DNA of 64,000 nucleotides from Vermamoeba vermiformis (Eukaryota): NCBI GenBank assembly GCA_045837725.1, contig JBEWZL010000300.1, positions 248,001 to 312,000 of the forward strand, read 5' to 3'. Shown piece by piece: positions 12,728 to 25,800 of this stretch (position 1 is its first letter; each line of letters starts with the position of its first letter). The notes under the pieces were generated by a model. It saw only the letters and a program-made list of their open reading frames with translations, ran no database searches and was not told where the DNA came from. The position numbers and the translations under genes were made by a program.

Positions 12728-13811
12728 ATGGCTGACACTAGGTATCAATGTTCCTTACAAGGTGCTATCATTGGAAGCTTTTACGATAAACTATTGGAAC
12801 GACTTCGTGGATTATGCCAACCTTTTGAGACAGTCTACCGTGTTCGTGAGGTGACCTTGCGAACAGATGCTAGTCAAGGTAATGTCCGAGTAGTGCAGCA
12901 ACGTGGACGTTGATGAGAGTTAAAATTCACTTATTATTATTTTATTTATTTGCGCGTGTATTTTCGTTTCGCCAAGCTTCATTCTGCGTGCAATATATGA
13001 CAATAATATTCTATAATTTAATTGCTAATTTCAAACAGGAGCACCAAGTGAATTGCGAGCGAGATGCGATCTTGAAACTCCAAACGGGGGCTGGTACGCA
13101 AGCGAATATTTGTTGGTTGGTATTATAATAACCAAAATATAGGAGTTTGCATTACATCGGCAGCGCTTTGAAGCGTGATGATTTGGCAGCGCTGTGTAAG
13201 ACTTGCGTTGATATTGAAGTTGGTGACAACGTAGCGCAATTCTTAGAGACCATGGGGTTCAAGTAAGGGCACAAATTAAAACGAGACGAGAGCTAATGTA
13301 TACTATTTGAAGTTACGAATTTGAGTTTGTTAAAGAAGGCGTACGGTTGCACGCACTTACAGATAAGATCAAAATTGACATTTACATCTACAAATTGAAG
13401 AAGGTACGGGATGAACCAACTGGAACTTATTTCAATAGGCGCTCACGTTGTATTTATTTAGTTTACGGAAAAAGGAAGTGTAGAATCAGCAGTGGAAGTT
13501 GACACACTGAGTCCCTATTGGATTGTTGACGCTGTGACATACACTGACGAGCCGAACCTAAAGATGGCGTGTGACGAAGTGAACGACTTTGCTAACAGAT
13601 TGGTTCCGTAAGTCTCAGTCAATAGTTGACATTTGGAATTAACTAATTGAATTGCAGGATTGTTGATTTATTACGATTAGACGATAACACAAAGCGAGAA
13701 ATTGAGCGAAAACGAACTGACAAAGCAAACAAAAAGAAGAATCAGATCCAATTTAAACCAATTACTATGAATCCGGGTGTAGGTCCTGGCGCAAATACGC
13801 AATCGATGTAA
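12728..13811 (+). CDS. MED18: Mediator subunit 18 (Srb5)
   Basis: YQCSLQG...LLERLRGLC at N-terminus, FLETMGFK / YEFEFVKEG, FANRLVP; multi-exon, TAA 13809-13811. Confidence 0.8.
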
Positions 13812-13867
13812 TATAGACAATGTAAATATGTTAATATTTAGACCAACAAATTCGAAGTGGCGTTTAT

Positions 13868-14572
13868 TTACAATTGTACATCATCGGTTAAGAAGCTTTC
13901 GTCGCGGAATTTTGCGTGGTCAGGCTCTCGGAGTTGATTTTGAGCTGTTGTGATGTCGGTTTTAATGGCTTCAATCAATTCATCTAAATTTGAGATTAAT
14001 CTAGATGGTTCACGATGAAAATGTCGTAAGTTTATCTTACCCAGTCCTGAGAACTTTCTCATGGGTCTAATCCATCCTGTAGCGATTATTCGCAAATGTT
14101 GGTCGTAAAAGTCGCGATCGTACTGCTTTAGAATGTGGATCTCCTGCGGTAATGAAATATTAAATTTCAAAATTATTTATTATTAGTATTATTTTTATTT
14201 AATGACGTACCACTGATTTTTCTTTATTTCCGTATTGGGGATTCCAACCAATACTCATAACCATTTCTTCTATTGGTTCATTATTAATTTTAGCAAAGCC
14301 GAAGTATACTCCTTCGTCAGCATCTATCAATAAATCTTTGAAGCTATTTGGGTCGAGGTTTGCTGCGAGAAAAAATGTCAGTTTGGCGGAGCAGATTGAA
14401 AGTAAATCCCCACGGTGATCTTTGAACCTTGAACAGGATTTTTACACTTACCTGTTGGAAAACCTAGTTGTCGCGATCCTCTACCATAACCGTGCACCAC
14501 CTTGCCTTGCAGTTTTAGAGGGAGTCTAGAACTAGGATCGTATTCGGGTGTATTCTCTACAACACCTGCCAT
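13868..14572 (-). CDS. RFK: Riboflavin kinase (monofunctional)
   Basis: [49 protein letters not shown]. Confidence 0.95.
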
Positions 14573-14920
14573 TTTGTTCTTATATTTCAATTGTGATAAA
14601 GAGGTTGCAGTAGGTGTGTTTGGTTGTTCTTGGCAAAAGAGAGAATAAACAGAAACATCTTTTGACCGGTCAAACAAACCTTCGAGAAGTCATGCGATTC
14701 CGCACGTGCTCACTACCGGCCCGTTAGCCATTTGACTGAAGGAGATCATGAATAAACTAACTATCATAATTGCGTTCAAGATGGAGACCGAGGCCTAACG
14801 TCCAAAAAAAACGACACGTTACATTTAATTCAGTTTGATTTTCACCCAATTTATCTCAAGCACAAGCAAAAGCACAATGATCGTGCAAAACATATTATAA
14901 AAAATCAGTAATAATATAAT

Positions 14921-16331
14921 ATGGGGTGCTGCTTTAGTCACAGCTTCTTGGAAGTAAGTTTTTGATGTGACAGTGCGGAGATGGAGAGCCGTTATTGATT
15001 AAAAAAAACTGCAGGCACGAAATATATTAGGAAGAAATACGGGCGCTTACGAAGTGGTAGACGATCGCGCACATTCATCAAATCCTCCAGTTATTACCAC
15101 ATCTCAAATAATAATAGCAACGGTAACAGCTATCAACCACCCAAAAGGCCCAAGCTAGTACATAGTACCTCATTACGAAAAATAAGCCATGCAGTTCCTG
15201 TTCCTGTTGCATTGCCTAATACGGCGAGAGTAACTCGAAGCGAAAGTGTCCCAGCATTTCTTACGAATCTCAACAAAGAAAATCAAATTCCATTATTGCA
15301 ACAAGTACAAGCCAAGTATTCAATAGAAAATCCGATAGAAAGTTTGCCAATCGCAATTGATTTGCCGAGGTTGATAAATAATACGGAGGTAAAAGACGAG
15401 CACGGGGTGTTATTTGAAAAGCCAGCCAGTGATGCGATACCCCGTGGCAGGGAAACGCTAATCAAGAGCCTTTTGGAAGTGCTGATAGCAAAAACGCGCT
15501 TAAGTGATGCAGACAACATATTATCAAGGTCAGTAAACGGTTCAATTTCGCTTCAATAACCTGAACAACTAGTAATGACTAATATCTCAATTATACTTAG
15601 ATATGACGCTATAGTACTACAACGAATGGAGAGCGACTTACCTCCACGACTGAAAGAGTTTTTGATTACTTTAGGAGAGGACAGTCCAGTTATCAAGCTG
15701 CTCAAAGTAGTGAATCAAGCATTGATAGCAACAGCGGTCACAAAAATCAAGGTGTATTTTATGGGCCATTTTGTGCTCAAAGACGTACGGTAAGTCGCAA
15801 TACAACGATAGATTTGTTTATCGAACCGGCGCGAGCCGAAAAAAGTTTAAACGGCGTTCAACAATCCGACATGGTGTAGGGGTTCAGCATATCCGCCTGT
15901 CACGCGGGTGACCCGGGTTCGATTCCCGGTGTTGGAGATTTCTTTTTTACTTTTGGCTCGCTTCCCCTGCATCTTTTTTTACTTTGTCGCCTTTCTTGTC
16001 ATCTTCATTATATTCGACTTATATGGAGCCTAATAATCTTCGTTAGAAATGGTTGGGACGTTGTGATATCATTTGGAGACGCGCACGCAGTTGTTAGCCA
16101 CGTCAAGTGGGAAGAGACGTTACCAGCTGCCTTCAAACTATGTTGGCAGTTAGATTATGTATTTGATAAGGTATTAGTTGATGTTTTGATGTTATTCTTG
16201 CTAACGTCATTTAGCACACGTGGGATCTGAAAGACGCGGCACTTCGGATAGTAAAACTCGAATTTACAACATTAACTGATCCTGAAGAACAAGAGGGCGT
16301 GCAAGAGCTCGTCGATGGCTTCTCTGCGTAA
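14921..16331 (+). CDS. Uncharacterised protein with N-terminal acylation motif (MGCC); hosts a tRNA in one intron
   Basis: MGCCFSHSFLE start; exons splice in frame through ...FVLKDVR/NGWDVVISF...CWQLDYVFDK/HTWDLKDA...FSA*; C-terminal region may resemble amoebozoan GlfB-type C-domains (unverified). Confidence 0.6.
15865..15937 (+). tRNA. tRNA-Asp (anticodon GTC)
   Basis: Acceptor stem TCCGACA/TGTTGGA, anticodon arm TCCGC-CTGTCAC-GCGGG, T-arm CCGGG-TTCGATT-CCCGG, followed by oligo-T Pol III terminator-like runs. Confidence 0.95.
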
Positions 16332-16419
16332 AGTACGCAGAGCTTTCGTGTAAATAATGTAAATTAAATGACCCCTAATGCAATTCTGTCTGAATTTAAC
16401 AGTTAATTGACAACCACAA

Positions 16420-17931
16420 ATGAATAGAGCTCTTAAACTATTGACTAAAGTAACGCCAATAGTACCGTACTTTACCTCAAAGAGGGCTTATTCCGCCGTT
16501 GCGAAGCCCAAAGTAAGTTCATCAAAATTCCGATATCGAATAATAAAATTCAAAAAATAGGAATACTATTTATTCATTAACAACTGACTTAGTTTACAAT
16601 AGTACAATACCCCATATAATTAACAAAAATATTAGCTCCGTGTTTTGGTGTCAAACTCGCACGATATTCTGTTCAATTTAGCTACAGAGGAGTGGATATT
16701 CAACGAAATGGACCCCTCATATCACACGTTATTTTTATGGAGAAATGACAAGACAGTTATAATTGGCAGGTACGAAGCAACGTAGGCCAGAATTTTTCAT
16801 TTACCTACGCTCATTATGCAGGTTTCAAAACCCCTGGAAAGAATGTCACTTGCAACGAATGGAGCAGGACGGAGTAGTTCTTGCTCGTCGTAAATCAGGC
16901 GGAGGTGCTGTCTATCAGGTTGGGAGATTAACATCTTGTGCAGAAGAACGGCAGCTAATTAGCTTGATAGGACTTGGGCAACAGTTGTTATACATTCTTG
17001 ACGTCGAGAAAAGACTATGATATACCACGCAACACGGGCATCATTGTGAATGCACTCAAACACTTCAATATCCACGCTGAACCCACTGGCCGCAATGACA
17101 TTACTGTCGGAGGACGCAAGGTGCGTGTGATTGGCTATGATGTACAATCATTATTAACGCACTGCTAGGTCTCTGGATCAGCTTTTAAATTGACGCACGA
17201 TCGAGCATTCCACCACGGCACCTTGTTGATGAATGTGGATCTCAACGCACTCGAGCGATATCTCAATCCCAACAAGGAAAAATTGAAGGTACAGATATCT
17301 ATACAGCCACTAAGTACTGATTGTGGAGTAGAGCAAAGGTGTGGCGAGTGTCAAGGCGCGTGTCGTGAACATGAAAGAACTCAACAATGACATCTGTCAC
17401 GAGACAGTTGTGCCGCAGCTCGTTGATTCGTTCTTCAAGACATATGACAGCAGCTGCGAGGTATGTTCTACCACTCTTCAAGCACAACTCTGTGACGTAA
17501 CATTCTGCGCTAGATTGAATATTTGGACGCAAAACAACTTGCACAAATCAGTTCACTGAACAAATATTACGAAGAGTACAAGGACTGGGATTGGCGCTTT
17601 GGTAAGATCGATTAAGGTGTCGCGAGTGAATGTTAATATTTCCTTATTAGGCAAGACGCCCGATTTCACTCATTCCCTTGAACGTCGATTTGACTGGGGT
17701 ATCATGGACGTCAATTTTGAAGCGAGTGGCGGCAAGATTACCGATGTCAAAGTGTTCAGCGACTCGTTGTTCCCGCAGATGATTGAAGAGGTGCAAATGA
17801 GTCTCAAAGGTGCGGCTTATGACAAACAAGGCGTGAGTGGTGCAATTGAAAGGGCCAAACAGAAATTGGCGGGAACGGGCACCGAAGCTCAACTGGATGA
17901 ATTCAAAGATTGGCTTGTAAAAAATATTTAA
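16420..17931 (+). CDS. lplA: Lipoate-protein ligase A (two-domain LplA type) with probable mitochondrial presequence
   Basis: [66 protein letters not shown]; Arg/Lys-rich N-terminus [10 protein letters not shown]. Confidence 0.92.
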
Positions 17932-18079
17932 ACTGTTGTTATTCGTTCGATCGGTATTTGTTGCGAAATTTTCTGAAGTCACGTGGCGTTCGAACAAAAT
18001 TCTGCGATAAAAATTTTCATTTCAAACACAATCATAACCGAACACAACCACACTTAAGATCGGAAATTACAATCAATCA

Positions 18080-19010
18080 ATGGAATTTAATTACGGTGAT
18101 CCTGAGAGTATGTTTAGGATACAATGCGTTCAATTACAGCTTGAAAAACAATCGTGTCACAATAAAATAATTTTCCAAATTAATTTTAAAATATTCTAAA
18201 AAATATCTATTATTAGAGCCGCACGTGATCGTGGCTGTGACAGGCAGTGTAGCGACAATAAAAATATTAGACATCGTAAAACAAATCAAACAATTCGCCG
18301 AGGTATATTGACGCGTACAAAAGCCACGTTAAATGATTATTAAATGCCTAATTATAGGTCAAAGTCATTACAACAAACTCCGCGAAACATTTTTTCAACG
18401 AGAATGATGTCAAGGCAGAAGCAGAACTATACACCGATGCCGATGAATACGCCATGTGGCAGAAAAGAGGTGACAATGTGCTGCACATTGAAGTAAGATC
18501 TATTTACTCTCATATAGTGATATTAATAGGAGCATAATGTATTAACGATGTCTTACAGTTGCGTCGCTGGGCAGATCTGTTAGTGATTGCACCACTTTCA
18601 GCGAACACATTGGCCAAGATAGCTAATGGTTTGAGTGACAATCTATTGGTAGGTGTCAATACAGTGCATGGTGCATATAAGCCGTTGCTAATAACCTCGC
18701 ATGCAGACTTGTGTCATTCGTGCGTGGGACATCAACAATCCAATGCTCGTGGCCCCAGCAATGAATGTGCTCATGTATCAACACAAATTCACTGCCAAAC
18801 ACCTTGATGTCTTGAAGAACGAGCTGAACATTGGCATTATCGATGCCATCGAGAAGAAGTTGATGTGCGGTGATATAGGTACTAACATATCTCCCTGATA
18901 TTACGAGTTAGCTCTAATGTCATACAGGTGTCGGTGCCATGGCTGAAGTGCCCACTATTGTGGCTGCTGTCAAGAGCAAACTCGCGCTCAAATATCCCGA
19001 GCTCAAGTAG
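18080..19010 (+). CDS. PPCDC: Phosphopantothenoylcysteine decarboxylase (HFCD flavoprotein)
   Basis: VAVTGSVA, VLHIELRRWAD, APLSANTLAKIANGLSDNLLTC, PAMN, KKLMCGDIGVGAMAE. Confidence 0.95.
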
Positions 19011-19106
19011 TCTCGTGTACATAATTGTAAATACAACGGTAATATAACCATGGTTTGCACATTAATGCTTGCGGTATTTACATGTGTTGCGTCATAATTA
19101 CAAGTG

Positions 19107-21945
19107 TTAGTTGTCGTCTTTGGGTCTCTTTTCAGTGAACATTTGCACGACAGCAGTGCCGATGGAATGCGACCAGTCTGCGTAACTAATGCCCTGGTCA
19201 TTGGCCTCTAACGTCAATAGATTCAGCACTTGTCTGTTGCTGTCGGTGGCTAGTGGTGCATTGACATCGTATTGACACGTGATCAGTCGCGGTGACACTT
19301 GTTGACGTCTTGAGTGTTCTGCGAGTCTGGCTGTGAACTCAGCTGAATCATCGTGTTAGAACTAGCGCTAGTGTCAATAGGTGTATGTTGTTACCTTGAG
19401 CGTGGGCATGTAGCTCTGGATCTTGATCGCCCCAATCAATGAGTGCTGCTGTGTGCCATGAGTCATAGACGAGCACACCCTTGGGCGCTGTTTCAAATGA
19501 GGACAGCAGAGGATTGACAGCTGTCCACTGTGAGGCGGAGTGCGTGATATCATCCCACGTGACAGCCCATGCGTCAGGGTAGAACAACAAGCGCAGTTGT
19601 TGCGGTGAAATGTCGTCAACTAAGGTCTGCATCCACGTCCACCCATCAGGGTCTGAGGTCGCTGTTTTAGCGGACAAGAGCGGTGATTTCCATAGGCCAT
19701 AGATCCAGCGCGGCAGTGCGGTGAGGTGATTGATGCGCAAAAAATCCACATCGACCTCCTCTGTGCGTGCATGACAGTCAGTACGAGGTGAATAGAGCAC
19801 ATTGAACACGCACCTCTCTCGCTCAGATTGTTGTAGTGATACAGCGCCATTGTGAGCCAATCTTGCAGCAACAATTGTGCGTCGTGAATGCTGTCGTCGA
19901 GTGCTGTGCGTAAGATCTGTTGTCGTGTCAATCACGTGACTTCCATTCTAATGAGATTAAACTTACTTTGCGAGTCAATATAGACAATATAGTCTCAGCA
20001 TCAGTGGTGTGCAGGAGCTCGAGAATGTGACCGCTGTAAGTACGTTGTGCAGTAGTCACAGCCAGTCGTTTGATCAGTCGGTAGCGCGTCGCTGTCTTGG
20101 TGCTTTTGGGCTCTGAACTCGTGTCCTCTGTAGGGTCAGTGCCGTCTGATTTTTTGGCTGTTTGTTCAGTGATAGGCTCTAAATACGAGTACGCGAATGC
20201 TATTTGGACTGAGGGCTTGGCATCGGGCAAGTTACTTTGAAAGCATCAGCATGGCCGCAAAGACAAGACTCGGGACTTACTGTGAGAACCCAGCACTGTT
20301 GTCGAACTCGAGATCAAAGGCGAGACAGGTCATCGCGTCACATGCAGGCACGTGATAGAGATCAGATTCAGTGCTGTCTTTGGCTGCAGGACCGTAGCAC
20401 TGTTTGATCTTGAAGTTGGGTGAAGTACGTACGCGCAATAGACCGTGATAGCCTTGTGCGGCACTCAATTGACGCGTGCTGAGTAGGATTGAGTTAGTCA
20501 CTGTAATGTGGGGCTAGTAATGACGTACATGTCGGTAGAGAGATTGGACACGGTCGTGTGGTCGTACAGCCGCAAATGACCGCCTGTGCGCGAACACAGA
20601 AATTTGAGTGAAGCGAGACCTTGTTGTTGGTGCTCATCTCTGCGCAGTGCTGTCACATCAATGGCGACATTCTTTGACGCTGCGTGCTCGGCCTGATGAC
20701 ATGTCAGTACTAGTCATAATATAATAGACTTTTGACACGTACCACAGTGCGGTAGAACGAAGTCTTGGGCAGCAAATCAGTCTTCTCCGCATTCAGTTTG
20801 CCCAGGCCCCAGTTGCAGGCCCCAGCAGTGAATGTCAACAGGCGCACATTGACGAGATCTTCGTACGAGGTCACATAGTCCAGCACGTACTTGATTGCTG
20901 TGCCGAGTGCGCGCTTGGGCTGTGCACCCTCGCCGCGCTCTTGACGTGCCAAGTGCTCGTCATTCAGTGAAGCAAGGCTGTCGATAGCCGTCAAAATCTG
21001 TGCTTTGAACTGACGCACAGGCACGAAGAATTCATCGGGTGGCATGATCTCTTCAAAGTCAACATCGACTGAAGGGCTGTCAATGACACCTGTCATCAGC
21101 GAGGTGTCGTAAACAGGCACGTGATTAGTAATCGGTGTCACGTGTCTCAAGTCCCAGATGTCAATGTGATCGCTGAATGACACGAGGCCAAAGAGACACG
21201 TGTCAGGCAGAACAGTGACAGCAGATGTCAAAGTGTCAATCACTTCACTCGTCAACAACTTGTCACCTGTCATCGCGCGTGTTAGACTGCTCGCAAAGTG
21301 TCAACGAGAGTGCTTACCGGTGACATCTACCAGGGCCACACACACGAGCAGTTCTTCTGCGTCAATGCTCTCGAGCTCACTGGACTCTGATTCGTTTACT
21401 GAATGGTCTGTTGAGCACGTGATTAGTTAGTTGAGAGAACGAGTCTGACATGATAGTACCTTCCAAGTTGCACTCAAAGTACGGTGCGCGTATCTCGGGC
21501 AGTTCTTTGACATCAACACCAGGCTTGTACCGTGCGCCGTTGTTGTTGAACGAATTTTCAGCGCGACACACAGCGCAGTACCAATTGCGTCCGACAAAGG
21601 TGCAGTGGTGATTGACATAGGCCAGACATCGAACACAACGTGCTACTTGGGACATTGCCGGTATTTCAAATTTAAATTCTTCATAGCGCGCTAATCGATT
21701 TTGTTTTGATACATCTAATACAAAAGGAATTAGAAAAAGAAATTGTTTTTTACAAATATTCAAAATGAATTTATTTCTTACCTCTGATAGACGGCTTGAA
21801 GAGTGGTTGATATGTAAATGCCCAGGGCAACCCCGATTTTTTAATCGTATTTGCTGTTCATTTTCAAAATTAGATCCAGATCCAAATGTCCAGTGAAATA
21901 CTAACCTTTACGCGGGAAAATATTAGTTGTAAATTTAATTGACAT
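19107..21945 (-). CDS. Divergent Sec23/Sec24-family protein
   Basis: SGLPWAFTYQP, zinc finger RCVRCLAYVN...WYCAVC, vWA trunk (FGLVSFSD, ALGTAI), LRVRTS beta-sandwich, VQIAFAYS. Confidence 0.8.
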
Positions 21946-22067
21946 AATAGTTGTGTTATAGCATCGTTGGTGGTTCAAGTCTGGTTGTGACTCACGGCTG
22001 CGGGTAAATAAATATTTGATATTTCGGTGCCGCTCAGTTTATATTTTACTTCATAGAAAAAAACACA

Positions 22068-22637
22068 ATGTCGATGCTTAGATTTGGATTTATTAAGGGC
22101 AAGCCTAAGCCCAAGACTGAAGAAGATTGGGCACGATTATACAACAAGGCTAAAATTCTGTTGACGGGCACATCTAAGATCACCGTCGAGTGCGGTCACA
22201 AGGGTCCTGGTCAAACTGGAGCTCGGTAATAATTTTTATTTAATTATTGGCAAATTATTGGGTACATTTACAGTTAGTTTATTGCGTTATCAAGCCATTT
22301 CAAATTATTTTAATTAAATTAGATCCACGTCTTTTTTTGCAGTATTAGTTCAACGTCCAAATACCAATACTTGTTATATAGTCACTTTAAAGCATTGGAA
22401 GTGCCTCCTATTAAATTCTGGAACAAAAATGTTACAGTTGAAGTCAACAAGCGAACGGAGCCCTCAGTGGTGCCTAAATTAATTATTACAGGCAGTAAGT
22501 CGCTGTTTATATTGCTTATAGTGATAGTATACCTAATACCTATAACAGAGAGTGGAGCTACAAAAGAAATTAACGTTACAAACTTGAGGCGCGAGCAGAT
22601 CCTCAAAAAACTGCTGGAAGTCGACAAAGAAATCTAA
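22068..22637 (+). CDS. Mitochondrial L51/S25/CI-B8 domain protein (mS25/mL61-like)
   Basis: GPGQTGARHF...VPPIKFWNKNV...EINVTNLRREQILKKL pattern; 3 exons. Confidence 0.65.
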
Positions 22638-22892
22638 GTATCATAACAATATATTGCGATGAATAAATATTCCTTTAAATGATAGCTAAATAACAATATC
22701 GGAAGCTTGAATTTTCCAGAAGCCGATCCAGCCTTTTTATCGCAAATTCGGAGGGAAATTCGATGCAATTTTATTTTCTTTTCTTTTTTCAGCAATTTTG
22801 TCGCTTGAAAATGAATCATGATTTGTTTTTGTTATTTTGAAGCCATTCAGCTACAGATAGCAACACGTAGTATACTTATAAACGTAGTCGAG

Positions 22893-25800
22893 ATGGGATC
22901 CAACCACTCGAAAGAAACAGATATTAATGAAGAACGCAAATATCACACAAGTGAAGGCGAAGAAGCGCGCTCCGATGGCGAATTCGCCGAAGAATATGAA
23001 GAAGAGAAGATCCAAGAAGAGGATAAGCAAATTGAAGCAAAATTGACCGACCACCTCGGTAAAACATGCAAGGTAAGACAATTGTGTATGTTATTATATT
23101 AATGACACCGTTTCGTAGGTTATGATTGTTAATTGGACGACTTTTACTTGGGATTTGATCAGCTGTCACGCACACCACGGACACTTTATCGATTTACCTG
23201 CTAAAATGCTCAAGGTAAGCGATTACTAATGAAGTAGTACATCGCACAACTAACAGTGCCTTAGCCACGCGAGCGTACCATCTGCGCTACGTCTTCAGCA
23301 ACGTTCTTTACAGGCACATCTGGAACCTTGGTGTACAGACCAAATGTGCCCACTGCAGCTGAACCTATTCAATTTGAATTATATTGGACGGTGCCCTTTA
23401 CTGGCAAACCTCGATTCACTTACAAAGCACCCACAGAATTTAGGTAAGAGTGGATTTAAGGCGGTCTAAAACTGCCCCTTTTAATTGCAACAACATTAAC
23501 CCTGTCATGAATAGCGTCGAGATTGCACTGCGCAAAGATTATACAGAAGCCAATGCCTCGATTTCATTTTATATTACAGAGATGTCTCTGATCGGTAAGC
23601 AGATCTTCAACACTTCTCGCAGTGCAGTCCTAACTAACACTAACTAACGCTCTTATTCAGAGGGCAAGTCCATACCATTCTCCATGCTCGAAAGACTTAC
23701 TCAAGTGACGTACTTTGATCGTCGCGAGTTGAAGCTCTTATATCGTGCCTTTATGCGAGCAGTGGCTCCTGAACGCAGCATTTCACCAGATCTGTTCCGC
23801 AGAATATTCCCTGAGTTCGATAACCCTCAATTGTTACGATCTGTGTTCAATACATTCGATGTACGAGAGCGCGCAGATGACGAGATCTCCTTTTCAGAAT
23901 TCGTCGAAGTACTCTCCGTCATGGTGCGTGGCTCAATGAGCGAGCGTGCTCACTGTAAGTACTTCCTTAATGCTGCGACTATTATGCCCGAATTAATCAA
24001 TTTCAGTGGCTTTTCGTATTTGCGATCTGAACAAAGACGGCTCAGTTGAGCGCGAAGAAGTGATGCAAGTCTATCAGCAAGTAGTGCATGCCATGCACAA
24101 GTCAGGCATATCGACTGAGAGCTACAGTGATCCGAGAAACCTGGTCCGCAGCGTAAGTACTCTTTACAAGACTTAAACTCTGAAAGCGAAGAATTAATTC
24201 TTGGATCAGATCTTCAGAAAGCGTCGCGGCACCAGCGCAGCAACAACACCAACAGGCGGTCCTAAACACCGCCATCACTTTGACCACAAGCACCATCACC
24301 CCCAACAAGAAGGTCTGCCAGCACTTGGACCAGTGACCACTGACATTGAAGAGGGCTCAAAACCCAGTCGCCGTCAGAGATTAAAAGAGCGCTTAAAACA
24401 CCCGATGAGACGTCGAGACAAACCTGAGGATGCCGCGGACTTTTACGGCGATGAAGACACCGAAGATCTGCGTGATGAAGAGGACTTGTTAGACCAATAC
24501 GGCACTGACGAGAGCGATGAAGAGGAGGAAGAAGACGAGTACGAAGAGGACATGCCGCCCCTCGTGTCGTCAGCGGTGCGCGAGGGCCACGACAGCACCT
24601 TCTACAACGAGGAGCTGAGTCGTGACGAGTTCATTGCACGGGCCAAGCGCGATCCTGACTACTTGGAGTGCTTTGGTCTCTTCGACTACTTTTACAATCG
24701 CATTGTGGCCCCGATTGAGCGCGAGGCCGAGAAGGTGACCAATCCCGAGATGAAGGGCTGGCTGTTGAAAGAGCGCCGTGAAGCAGTGGTCAAATTAGTG
24801 AAAAATCATCCGAAGCGTGACCGATATTGGTTTGAGCTGCGCAGTGGATTTGTGGCTTATTATGACACTCAACGCGTAAGTATAACTATCACATAGTACT
24901 TGCGGCCCTCATACTAATAATAATTAGTCCCAAATACCTAAGAATGTCATCAACTTGACCTCGGCTACAATCAAAGAAGGCACAGGACTTGATTTCAAAG
25001 TCACTGCTGGCAATTGGAGCCGCACTTTGTATGCACGCGACATGGAGACCAAGACAATTTGGGTCAATGCCTTCCGAGCCAATATCAAGGGCTTGCACCG
25101 CTACAAGTCATTTGCACCTGAGCGCAACAACATCACCTGCGAGTGGTTCGTCAACGGCAAAGAGTACTTCGATGCGCTCGTGCCTGCCTTGCTCAAGGCC
25201 AAACGACGAGTGTACATTGCAGACTGGTCCTTGGCCCCGTACCTGTTCTTGAAGCGATCAGTGCCCTTAGACTTGAAAGAGCGACTCGACAACGTGTTGA
25301 TTGAGATCGCCAAGAAGGGCGTCAAGGTGTTTGTGATCGTTTGGAATGCTCCCAAGTACGCCTATGACTTACGACCAAAGGCTTCAGCTCAGTATCTGAA
25401 CGAGGCCCACAAGAACATCTACATGCTGGCACATCCCAATCGCATCTCATTGTGGACTCATCATCAGAAGTTCGTGGTAATAGATGAAGAGATTGCCTTT
25501 TTGGGCGGCATTGATCTGTGTTATGGCCGCTACGAAGACAGCCGTTACCTCGTGACAGATCCGAACCAGACAGTCTACCCTGGACGAGACTACCAAAACG
25601 TAAATCACGTCACGGAAGCCAATGGCCCCGCTTTGGTTGAGGTCGTTGATCGTTCTAAAATGCCGCGCATGCCTTGGCACGACATTCAAATCAAGGTCGA
25701 GGGTCTCTGTGCTTATGGTAAGGCAATGACAATTACGAAATGGCCATACTAATTCGTATTTCAGACATCGGCATAAACTTCATTCAACGCTGGAATCATG

